Assembly: GCA_049667415.1 (NCBI GenBank)
Contig: JBATIA010000192.1
Location: 1-26,387 of the forward strand
Reading direction: 5' to 3'
DNA from: Ignavibacteriaceae bacterium
GTDB taxonomy: Bacteria; Bacteroidota; Ignavibacteria; Ignavibacteriales; Ignavibacteriaceae
Length of the DNA stretch: 26,387 bases
A program made the translations under genes and the position numbers. The notes under the pieces were generated by a model, which had not been told where the DNA came from, searched no databases, and was given only the letters and a program-made list of their open reading frames with translations. How positions within the stretch are numbered: the first letter of the stretch is position 1; each line of letters opens with the position of its first letter. Below are positions 18,280-26,387 of this stretch, piece after piece.

Positions 18280-18376
18280 AGGGAAGAATTTGAATGGTTC
18301 TTCCCTGCATAAAAAATCAAATTAATCCGCTTGTCTCGGTTAAATTGTAATTAGCCGAATAGTCTTTTATTTTTTA
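18280..18376 (+). terminator. Two tandem hairpins downstream of maeB; the second is followed by a T-rich tract
   Basis: AGGGAAGAA (18280-18288)/TTCTTCCCT (18298-18306) perfect 9-bp stem; TCGGTTAA (18336-18343)/TTAGCCGA (18351-18358), then ATAGTCTTTTATTTTTT. Confidence 0.55.
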
Positions 18377-18422
18377 ACTGCTTATTAAAAAATTTCAATA
18401 AAAATAATAATAATTTTATTCA

Positions 18423-20351
18423 ATGAAAGAATTAAGGATGCTTGCTGCAATTATGTTCACCGATATGGTGGGCTATACTGCATTAATGCAGGAAGATGAA
18501 AAGCATGCTAAGATTCTTAGAGACAAGCATCGTGATGTCCTCGAAAGACTTGTGTCCGAACACCGTGGTCAGATATTACAATATTATGGTGACGGGACAC
18601 TTTCAATTTTTGGCAGCGCAATAGAAGCTTCCATCTGTGGAATGAAGATCCAGCAGGAACTTCAGGAAGACCCAAAAGTACCACTAAGAATAGGTATTCA
18701 CGCAGGAGATATTGTATATGATGATGAGGGTGTCTATGGTGATAGTGTTAATATTGCTTCACGTATAGAAAATATTTCGCTACCAGGAAGCGTACTTATC
18801 TCTGAAAAAATTAATGATGAGTTAAAGAATCAGAAAGAAATATCATCCTTTTACCTTGGGCAGTACGAGCTTAAGAATGTTAAACAACCAACAAAAATCT
18901 ATGCGATAAGTGCTGAAGGCATAGTAGTTCCTACTCCCGAACAGATAGGAGGAAAATCGTCAGGCACAAATTATTCTATTGCTGTTTTACCATTTGTTAA
19001 TCTCAGTGCCGAAAAAGACAATGAGTATTTTAGCGATGGAATAACTGAAGAACTACTAAATGCTCTGGCTAAGGTAGACGGTTTGTCAGTTACTTCACGT
19101 ACATCTTCATTTGCATTTAAGGGTAAAAACTCTGATATAAGAGAAATAGGGAAGAAACTTGGAGTAAAAACTGTATTAGAGGGAAGTGTACGAAAATATG
19201 GTGACAGAGTCAGGGTTACCGCACAGTTAATTGATTCTGAAAATGGCTATCACAAGTGGTCTGAAAACTATGATAAGAAACTTGAAGACATCTTCGCTGT
19301 TCAGGATGAAATAGCGAGTTCAATAGTTGACCAGCTAAAAAAAACAATGTCGCTTCGTAAACCTTCGGAAGGGCTGGTTAAGGCAACAACCAAAAATATC
19401 GATGCATACAACTTATACTTAAAGGGTTTGTTTTACTGGAATAAATGGGCACCGGATTTTGTTTTAAAGGCCATTAGTCATTTTGAAAAAGCTACTGTAA
19501 TTTGCCCCGATTTTGCGCTTGCTTACGCAAGGTTATCAGCTTGTTTTTTGTACTTAGGAGCTGCTGGTTTTATGGCAAACAAAATAGCCTATTCTAAAGC
19601 AAAAGATTACGCCCTGATGGCAATAAATCTCGATGACTCCCTTGTGGATTCACAAATTTCTAAAGGTATGGTAAATTATTTTAATGATTGGAATTGGGAG
19701 GAAGCTGAAAAATGTTTTATTAAAGCACTTGAAATAAATCCTAACTCTGCCGAATCACATCAATACTATGCAATGCTTTTATCGACTCTCGGTTACCATA
19801 AGAAGGCATTAAAAGAAGCTGAGCTTGCTCATCAACTTGATCCATTGAATGCGCCAATAAGTTATATTTTATCATTTACATATTTGAATAATAATCAAAT
19901 CGATTGCGCCATTGATCAATTAATGATGACTATTGAAATTGATCCTGAATTTGGTGATAGTTGGAACAGCCTCGCCTGGATTTATTTAAAATCTTCACAG
20001 TATGAAAAAGCCATAGAAATTTTTAATAAAAATTTGAATAATCCTCCTTATAAGTTAAAGGCTCTTGCTGGTTTAGGGTATATTTATGCAAAGCTTGGTC
20101 AGCTAGAGAAGGCAAAAGAATACCTTGCGTTACTGGAGAAACATGACTCGGAGGATTCACCAATTGAAATGGATCTGGCTATTATATATTCGGGTTTTGG
20201 TGAAATGGATAAAGTATTCGATCTTCTTAATATTTCAATTGATAAGAAGCTTGGGGGATTAAATTTTATTAACGGTAAGTATTGGTCGGAAATTCACAGT
20301 CATTCCAGATTTTCTGAAATATTAGAACGTATGAATTTACCGCTGGAATAA
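18423..20351 (+). CDS. Class III nucleotide (adenylate/guanylate-type) cyclase with TolB-N-like domain and TPR repeats, cytoplasmic
   Basis: AAIMFTDMVGYT (D14), YYGDG (D57), LRIGIHAGD, YGDSVNIASR (N110/R114); SIAVLPFVNLS...YFSDGITEELLNAL...VLEGSVR; TPR-like helices; no signal peptide or TM segment. Confidence 0.93.
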   Translation: MKELRMLAAIMFTDMVGYTALMQEDEKHAKILRDKHRDVLERLVSEHRGQILQYYGDGTLSIFGSAIEASICGMKIQQELQEDPKVPLRIGIHAGDIVYDDEGVYGDSVNIASRIENISLPGSVLISEKINDELKNQKEISSFYLGQYELKNVKQPTKIYAISAEGIVVPTPEQIGGKSSGTNYSIAVLPFVNLSAEKDNEYFSDGITEELLNALAKVDGLSVTSRTSSFAFKGKNSDIREIGKKLGVKTVLEGSVRKYGDRVRVTAQLIDSENGYHKWSENYDKKLEDIFAVQDEIASSIVDQLKKTMSLRKPSEGLVKATTKNIDAYNLYLKGLFYWNKWAPDFVLKAISHFEKATVICPDFALAYARLSACFLYLGAAGFMANKIAYSKAKDYALMAINLDDSLVDSQISKGMVNYFNDWNWEEAEKCFIKALEINPNSAESHQYYAMLLSTLGYHKKALKEAELAHQLDPLNAPISYILSFTYLNNNQIDCAIDQLMMTIEIDPEFGDSWNSLAWIYLKSSQYEKAIEIFNKNLNNPPYKLKALAGLGYIYAKLGQLEKAKEYLALLEKHDSEDSPIEMDLAIIYSGFGEMDKVFDLLNISIDKKLGGLNFINGKYWSEIHSHSRFSEILERMNLPLE

Positions 20352-20434
20352 TCTTCTTATAACTTTTATTATAAAATAATATTGTATTTATTAACAATAG
20401 TAAAAGTATTTTTCATCCAACAATTTACTCTTAG

Positions 20435-23065
20435 TTGAAACATAGCATAAGAAACATTCTCTTTTTATTACTGGCTGCATTTATTCCACCCGGATTCATT
20501 ATTGCTCAGGAGACTATGAATCATTCCATTGATATCAGTAAAATTGTAATTGCGGGAGATTATGATGCAAAAGGCTTTGCAGAATTTTTTAAGGGCAAAC
20601 ATTGGCGTGATCTCTGGATTACTCCCATCAAAGTACCTGTGCTTAAATTAAATAATTTTGCAGGAGGACTTACTCCAACTAAAAAGGGTGGAGGACTTCA
20701 AACAAAATCGCTACACTTTGTGGCTGAAGATGGGAAAGAATATAAGTTTCGATCAATCGATAAAGATGTTAGACGAAGCCTTCCTCCTGATTTTAGTGAA
20801 TCCATTATAGCTGATGTGATGCAGGATCAGGTAAGCGTTACAAATCCTGCTTCTTCTGTGATAATTTTTCCTCTGATGGATGCAGTTGGTATTCTCAATT
20901 CAAAACCGACAATTTATTTAATGCCTGATGATAAACGGTTAGCTGAATTCAGGGAAGAATTTGCAGGAGTACTTGGCACAATTGAAGAAGATCCGGAAGA
21001 ATATGAAGATGAATCATTAAACTTTGCTGGGGCTGATAAGATATTAAGCACATTCAAAATGTACGAAAAGCTTCAGGAAAATAATGATGAAAAAGTTGAT
21101 GTGGTTGAGTTCCTTAAAGCAAGATTACTCGACATATTAATCGGAGATCGAGACCGTCATGCAGGACAGTGGAAATGGGCAGGTTATAAAGTCGGAAAGC
21201 ATAGAATCTGGAAACCAATACCAAAAGATAGAGACTTTGCTTTTCCTCTTTATGATGGTTTATTTCCGAGAATTATGACCGTTGCCATTACTTCAATGGT
21301 TCACTTCGATTATGCTATGCCTAGTATGCTTGATATGACCTGGGAAGGGAGACATCTCGACCGGAGAATTCTAAGTACACTTGATAAACCAGTCTGGGAT
21401 TCGGTTGCATTTTTTATGCAGGAAAATCTAACTGATTCAGTAATTGAAAATGCTGTGCTGCAATTGCCACCAGAGTATTATGATCTTGAAGGAGAGCATC
21501 TTATTTCTAAACTGAAATCAAGAAGAGACCAACTTAAGTTAGCTTCTGATGAATTTTTTAATGTACTTGCTAAATACATTGACGTCTATTGCAGTGATAA
21601 AGATGAATATGCAGAAGTAAAAAGAATAAATAACAACTCCACTGAAGTCGCCGTTTACAAAAGAGATAAAAGAACAGGAGATAAAAAAGGTTCTCCATTG
21701 TTTTATCGATTGCTTGAAAATGATATTACTGATGATGTTCGTATTCACCTTTTAGGTGGGGACGATATCGCAGTCATTTCAGGTCAGGTAGAAGAAGGAA
21801 CCAGTGTAATTGTTGTTGGTGGTAAAGGAAAAGATGAACTTGTTGATAGTTCACGTGTTGATGGTTACTTCTTAGGAATTACCCCATTCCGCAGTGCAAA
21901 AACCAAAACAGAATTTTATGATTCCGGCAACAAAACAATTTTTATTGAAGGAGAGGGAACATATATAAACATAGAAAAATATGTAGAAACGGATGATCCT
22001 CAGCAAAAATATGAACCTTTGATCGAAGACAGGTACAGGGATTATGGAGTCCTCGTACCATTTGAGTATAACACCGACGATGGATTTGTAATTGGCTTAG
22101 GTGGAAGAATTAATTATTACGATTTTAGAAAAACACCGTATGCACATAGATTCGATCTGACAGGTTCTTATGCTACGTTGTCGAAGAGATCGGAATTTAT
22201 ATTTCTTGTAGATTTTAACAATTTGATTGATGGAATGAATGTAAAAATTCCCGCAAGGTTTACAGGTTTGCAAATAACACGGTTTTACGGTTTTGGAAAT
22301 GAAAGTGTCCGGAACGATAGTCTTGTTAGAGAAAATTTTTATAATGTTAATCAAGAGTATTTTGGCGCAGGTTTCCTATTGAAAATTCCATTATGTGAAG
22401 ACATCGAATTTCATACAGGATTGTTGCTTGAACTATCCAGAGTTTTGAGACAGGAAAACCGACTTGTAAATGAACTTGAACCTTATGGATTAGGGACACT
22501 TGATTTTTTTGCACTTTCAACCTCACTAAAATTTGATAATCGGGATGACAAAGAGATGCCGTTTACTGGATACTATTTTGATATCTATTCTGATATTTAT
22601 CCTCCAACTCTAAACAATAAGGATTTCTTCGGGAATGTTTCTCTTGATGGCAGGACATATTTTTCAGGTAAATACTTAACGAATTATACTTTGGCTTTAA
22701 GAGCATATAGTGAATTTGCCTGGGGTAATTACCCCTTCTATAAAGGTGCTTCTCTCGGAGGAAAAAAAACTCTCAGAGGATTCACAAGAGATCGATATGT
22801 TGGAGATGTTGCTCTTCTTGGTTCAATTGAACTAAGATATTATTTAGCTAAAGTTTATTTCTTAATTCCTTTTAAATTGGGGATGAACTTATTTACAGAT
22901 ACAGGCAGAGTATTTTATGAAGGAGAAGAATCTTCCAGATGGCATACATCTTTCGGGGGAGGTTTTTGGTTCAGTATAAATGAAAGGGCAATTAATTTTT
23001 CTCTTAACCTTGCAAAATCTCCGGAGACGCTCAGATTTTATTTAAGTATTGGACAAATGTTTTAA
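20435..23065 (+). CDS. Secreted Omp85 (BamA/TamA-type barrel) protein with N-terminal atypical kinase-like domain, paralog 1
   Basis: Signal peptide; barrel hallmarks LGGKKTLRGF, FTDTGRV and C-terminal FYLSIGQMF; N-half GGGLQTKS, DILIGDRDRHAGQW, PIPKDRDFAF; TTG start. Confidence 0.88.
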   Translation: MKHSIRNILFLLLAAFIPPGFIIAQETMNHSIDISKIVIAGDYDAKGFAEFFKGKHWRDLWITPIKVPVLKLNNFAGGLTPTKKGGGLQTKSLHFVAEDGKEYKFRSIDKDVRRSLPPDFSESIIADVMQDQVSVTNPASSVIIFPLMDAVGILNSKPTIYLMPDDKRLAEFREEFAGVLGTIEEDPEEYEDESLNFAGADKILSTFKMYEKLQENNDEKVDVVEFLKARLLDILIGDRDRHAGQWKWAGYKVGKHRIWKPIPKDRDFAFPLYDGLFPRIMTVAITSMVHFDYAMPSMLDMTWEGRHLDRRILSTLDKPVWDSVAFFMQENLTDSVIENAVLQLPPEYYDLEGEHLISKLKSRRDQLKLASDEFFNVLAKYIDVYCSDKDEYAEVKRINNNSTEVAVYKRDKRTGDKKGSPLFYRLLENDITDDVRIHLLGGDDIAVISGQVEEGTSVIVVGGKGKDELVDSSRVDGYFLGITPFRSAKTKTEFYDSGNKTIFIEGEGTYINIEKYVETDDPQQKYEPLIEDRYRDYGVLVPFEYNTDDGFVIGLGGRINYYDFRKTPYAHRFDLTGSYATLSKRSEFIFLVDFNNLIDGMNVKIPARFTGLQITRFYGFGNESVRNDSLVRENFYNVNQEYFGAGFLLKIPLCEDIEFHTGLLLELSRVLRQENRLVNELEPYGLGTLDFFALSTSLKFDNRDDKEMPFTGYYFDIYSDIYPPTLNNKDFFGNVSLDGRTYFSGKYLTNYTLALRAYSEFAWGNYPFYKGASLGGKKTLRGFTRDRYVGDVALLGSIELRYYLAKVYFLIPFKLGMNLFTDTGRVFYEGEESSRWHTSFGGGFWFSINERAINFSLNLAKSPETLRFYLSIGQMF

Positions 23066-23067
23066 TT

Positions 23068-23937
23068 ATGAATTTTAAACAATCAGTTTTTCTATTCCTG
23101 TCATTCCTATTGCTGTATTCCTGCAGGGATTCTTCCCCGGATCACCCAAATAACCTTCTCAGAGAATATGATTTTGACCCGGAAATCGCTACCATAATAA
23201 AATTACCTGAATCACTAAAAGAAATAAGCGGCCTCGCGTTACTACGCGGGGATGAATTATTAACTCATAACGATGAGGAAGGAATAATTTACAAATTTAA
23301 CATCAACTCTGGCGAAATAACCGGGCAGATTAAAATAGGTGATGAGAACATTAAAAAAGATTTTGAGGGAATTGCTGCGGTGAAGGATTCGGCATATCTT
23401 GTTACGAGCAATGGAATTATTTATAAATTCTTTATCACACACAATGATGAAAGGGCTGATTTTGTTAAGTTCAAAATTTTTCTGGATAGAGGAAACGATA
23501 TTGAAGGAATTTGCTATGATGCACACACAAATGCACTTTTACTTGCATGTAAGAATGATCCCGGAAAAGGATACAAAAATGTAAGGGCAGTATATACTTT
23601 TAATCTTAGTAAAATGAGTCTTGAAAGAACCCCAAGATTTCTTATTTCTTTGGAAGAATTACAGAAGAAATTTAACATCATGGGTTTTGCACCTTCAGGT
23701 ATTGAAATAAATCCTATCACAAACACTTTCTTCATCATCTCGACAAATCCTGAGGCGATTCTTGAAATAAGTCCCGATGGAGAAATATTAAATGCTTTAA
23801 AGCTCAAAAATAAAATACACAAACAAACAGAAGGTATTACATTCCTTAAAGATGGATCTTTAGTTATCTCTGATGAAGGACAAAAGAAATCTGCGCAGAT
23901 CGCAATTATCAAATTAAAAGAAAAGAAATTTAAATGA
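23068..23937 (+). CDS. SdiA-regulated/YjiK-like beta-propeller lipoprotein
   Basis: Lipobox LLLYSC (Cys19); blade repeats EISGLA, DFEGIA, DIEGIC, APSGIE, QTEGIT; HNDE and ISDEG; starts 2 nt after the upstream stop. Confidence 0.85.
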   Translation: MNFKQSVFLFLSFLLLYSCRDSSPDHPNNLLREYDFDPEIATIIKLPESLKEISGLALLRGDELLTHNDEEGIIYKFNINSGEITGQIKIGDENIKKDFEGIAAVKDSAYLVTSNGIIYKFFITHNDERADFVKFKIFLDRGNDIEGICYDAHTNALLLACKNDPGKGYKNVRAVYTFNLSKMSLERTPRFLISLEELQKKFNIMGFAPSGIEINPITNTFFIISTNPEAILEISPDGEILNALKLKNKIHKQTEGITFLKDGSLVISDEGQKKSAQIAIIKLKEKKFK

Positions 23938-24090
23938 TTAGAAAAAATATCACGTTTTATTTTTCCATAGTGCTTACACTTGGTATAATTTCCACCTCAT
24001 CATTATATAAAAGTTAATACTTAGAGTTTGATAGTTGATGAATATTAACAACTTATTTCATATATTCTCATTTGGAGGTGATGAGAGCTT

Positions 24091-26387
24091 ATGAAATCAA
24101 TAATATTTCTTATGACCGTTCTGCTTCTGGCATCCTTTATATACCCACAGAACAACTATAAAAAAGAATATATAACAATCATTCCTGGTGAAAGATATAA
24201 AGCCAGCGGTTTTTATGAATTTTGGTTTGGTGCACATTGGAGGGATATCTGGACGACTCCAATTAAAGTTGAAATTCTTGATCTTAAAAACTTTGCCGGC
24301 GGATTAACTCCGGTAAAGAAAGGTGGTGGATTCCAAACAAAATCACTTCGATTTAAAGGCAACGATGGAAGACTTTGGAAATTCAGATCATTAGATAAAG
24401 ATCCAACAAAAGTACTTCCACCGGAATTACAAGAAACAATAGCAGATGATTTAATTCAGGATCAAATCAGTTCAGCAAATCCATTTGCTCCTTTTGTTGT
24501 CCAGCCTCTACTTGAAGCGGTAGGAGTATTAAGTGCGGAACCCATGTTAGTCTTTTTACCAGATGAAAACTTATTAGGCGAATATAAAGAGGAGTTTGGT
24601 GGAATGCTTGGCATCATAGAAGAACACCCTGATGCATCCGGCGAAGATGAGGATTCCAGTTTTGAAAAGGCACTCGATGTTAAGGGTACCTATAAACTTC
24701 TTAATTACCTTTCTAAAAAACGAAATCAAAAAATAGATTCTGAGGAATTCCTTAAAGCCAGATTAATGGATATTCTCCTTGGTGATTGGGACAGACATAT
24801 GGATCAGTGGCGCTGGGCTAAATACGAGGAAGCAGATGGAAAAGTATGGTACCCGATTCCCAGGGATCGTGATCAGGCTTTTTCGAAATATGATGGAGTT
24901 TTTCCGGCGCTTGCTGCCTATTTAACTCCGCAATTAAATCATTTTGGTTATAAGTATCCGGATATGGAAGATTTAACATGGAATGGTAGGTTTATTGATA
25001 GAAGGGCATTGACTGAACTTGATAAAAGTTCCTGGGACTCTGTTACTGCTTTTGTTCAAAATAAGATTACAGATAATGTAATTGAAGAAGCTTTAACCAA
25101 GTTACCTCCTGAAATTTATCAAATCACTGCGACTGAAATAATTGAGAAATTAAAATCGCGCAGAGATAACTTAGCTGATGCTTCAAATAGCTTCTATAAT
25201 GTGGTAAATAAATATGCTGAAGTCTTCTGCAGTGATGAAAATGATTTTGCTGAAGTTAGCAGGATTGATGATAGAAGTACTGAAGTATCTGTTTTCAAAA
25301 GAGACAAAGGCACGGGCAATAAAAAGGGAATCCCGCTCTTCCACAAAATTTTTGATAATGAAATCACTGTTGAAATTAGAATTCAATTGAATAATGGAGA
25401 CGACAAAGCTTTTATTTATGGAAAGTGTGATGAGGGACCAGTGGTAAGAGTTATAGGAGGTAAAGGAAAAGACGAGCTAATTGACGAATCTATAGTCGAG
25501 GGTTATTTTTTAAGTCTAACTCCTTTTCATTCAGCACAGAGAAAAACTTATTTCTATGACAGTGGAAACAAAACTAATGTTGTTCAGGGGCCCGGAACTG
25601 TATATGATGATTGTGATTGGCCGGAACCGAACGATGAATTAGAGAAATATGAACCGAAGCAAATTGATCGTGGACATAATTGGATGCCAGTTCCCATTCT
25701 TGGATTGGACACGGACTATGGTTTAACTTTAGGCGGGGGAATTGCCTTACATAAATATAATTTTAGAGCAATTCCGCAAGATTACTTGCAGCAATTGACT
25801 GTAAGTTATGCAACAAGGTTCAGAAGTTTCGCGGCAGCTTACGAGGGTGATTTTTATTCGCTATTAAGAAATGGAAAGTTGAATATTCTTCTTGCTTTTA
25901 GTGAGCAGTTTGTAACAAGATATTTTGGATATGGGAATAACACAGCCTATAGCAAAGAACTTGAGAAAAATGATTTCTATCGTGTTGATCAAAAACTTAT
26001 TACAATATTTCCGACCTGCCATTATAATTTTTCAGAGAGAATCACAGGAAATGTTGGTATTTCATTTATTCAAACCCAAACTAAACTTGAAAATGATACC
26101 CTATTAACTGGCTTTAAATATGGTGATTATGGCCTCAATAAATTAAATCCGCTGGGTATTCATTTAGGTCTGGAGTTTGAAGAAAGAGAAAATATATCCT
26201 ATCCCTTAAATGGTTATTTTCTCAAGTTAGCTGGTTCAGTTTTTCCGGCAGTAGATAATATACCTGAAACATTTTACCGCTCAGAATTTGATGTTAGAGG
26301 TTATTTTACACCTGGATTTATTTCATTCGCAACTTTTGGTTTCAGAGCAGGCGGAAGTAAAGTCTGGGGCAAATATCCATTCTATGC
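24091..26387 (+). CDS. Secreted Omp85 protein with N-terminal atypical kinase-like domain, paralog 2 (partial, runs off the right edge)
   Basis: Not in the ORF track. GGAGGTG SD (24074-24080), ATG 24091, frame open to the window end (765 codons): MKSIIFLMTVLLLASFIYPQ...HWRDIWTTPIKV...GGGFQTKSLRF...WKFRSLDK...FLKARLMDILLGDWDRHMDQW...PIPRDRDQAF...GGKGKDELI...RYFGYGN...VWGKYPFY, collinear with 20435-23065. Confidence 0.92.
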   Translation, partial: MKSIIFLMTVLLLASFIYPQNNYKKEYITIIPGERYKASGFYEFWFGAHWRDIWTTPIKVEILDLKNFAGGLTPVKKGGGFQTKSLRFKGNDGRLWKFRSLDKDPTKVLPPELQETIADDLIQDQISSANPFAPFVVQPLLEAVGVLSAEPMLVFLPDENLLGEYKEEFGGMLGIIEEHPDASGEDEDSSFEKALDVKGTYKLLNYLSKKRNQKIDSEEFLKARLMDILLGDWDRHMDQWRWAKYEEADGKVWYPIPRDRDQAFSKYDGVFPALAAYLTPQLNHFGYKYPDMEDLTWNGRFIDRRALTELDKSSWDSVTAFVQNKITDNVIEEALTKLPPEIYQITATEIIEKLKSRRDNLADASNSFYNVVNKYAEVFCSDENDFAEVSRIDDRSTEVSVFKRDKGTGNKKGIPLFHKIFDNEITVEIRIQLNNGDDKAFIYGKCDEGPVVRVIGGKGKDELIDESIVEGYFLSLTPFHSAQRKTYFYDSGNKTNVVQGPGTVYDDCDWPEPNDELEKYEPKQIDRGHNWMPVPILGLDTDYGLTLGGGIALHKYNFRAIPQDYLQQLTVSYATRFRSFAAAYEGDFYSLLRNGKLNILLAFSEQFVTRYFGYGNNTAYSKELEKNDFYRVDQKLITIFPTCHYNFSERITGNVGISFIQTQTKLENDTLLTGFKYGDYGLNKLNPLGIHLGLEFEERENISYPLNGYFLKLAGSVFPAVDNIPETFYRSEFDVRGYFTPGFISFATFGFRAGGSKVWGKYPFY

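Noticed and set aside
18423..20351. Canonical Pycsar or CBASS defence system
   Set aside because: No adjacent 2TM/TIR effector or CD-NTase in the window; cyclase-TolB-N-TPR is a widespread signalling architecture
20360..20410. AT-rich inverted repeats between the cyclase and Omp85 genes
   Set aside because: Almost entirely A/T and short, so expected by chance; not a convincing terminator or operator
20435..23065. Housekeeping bamA or tamA
   Set aside because: No recognisable POTRA series and no skp/lpxD/tamB context; the N-terminal half is kinase-like
588..26107. Numerous 60-140 aa ORFs in the track that overlap larger genes (e.g. 4038-4406, 13461-13883, 17904-18320, 23514-23912, 25183-25386, 25925-26107)
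   Set aside because: Antisense or off-frame shadows of well-supported genes, with no motifs or RBS. The last two lie inside the uncalled gene starting at 24091.

Overview
AT-rich bacterial chromosome segment. Gene content and style suggest Ignavibacteria or another FCB-group lineage, which is an inference. The left two-thirds is mostly housekeeping: a partial minus-strand gene at the edge, a DnaQ-exonuclease/UvrC-N (GIY-YIG) fusion, a GT-C-like membrane protein, a ymdB-folD-deoC-(HicB-fold)-trmH-aroA operon converging on bshC, a radical SAM/SPASM-flippase-GT2 operon, a secreted DUF6600-like protein with a candidate sigma-54 promoter, a queuosine-precursor transporter, and maeB, whose real start (16003) is followed by an in-frame TAA at codon 29. 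The right third (18423-26387) is the most interesting: a class III nucleotide cyclase-TPR gene with non-canonical base-specifying residues, then two paralogous secreted proteins that fuse an atypical kinase-like domain (GGGxQT, DxDRHxxQ, DRDxAF) and an RTX-like motif to an Omp85-type barrel, flanking a beta-propeller lipoprotein. The second paralog (24091->26387) runs off the window and is missing from the ORF track. No RNA genes, CRISPR arrays or mobile elements were recognised.
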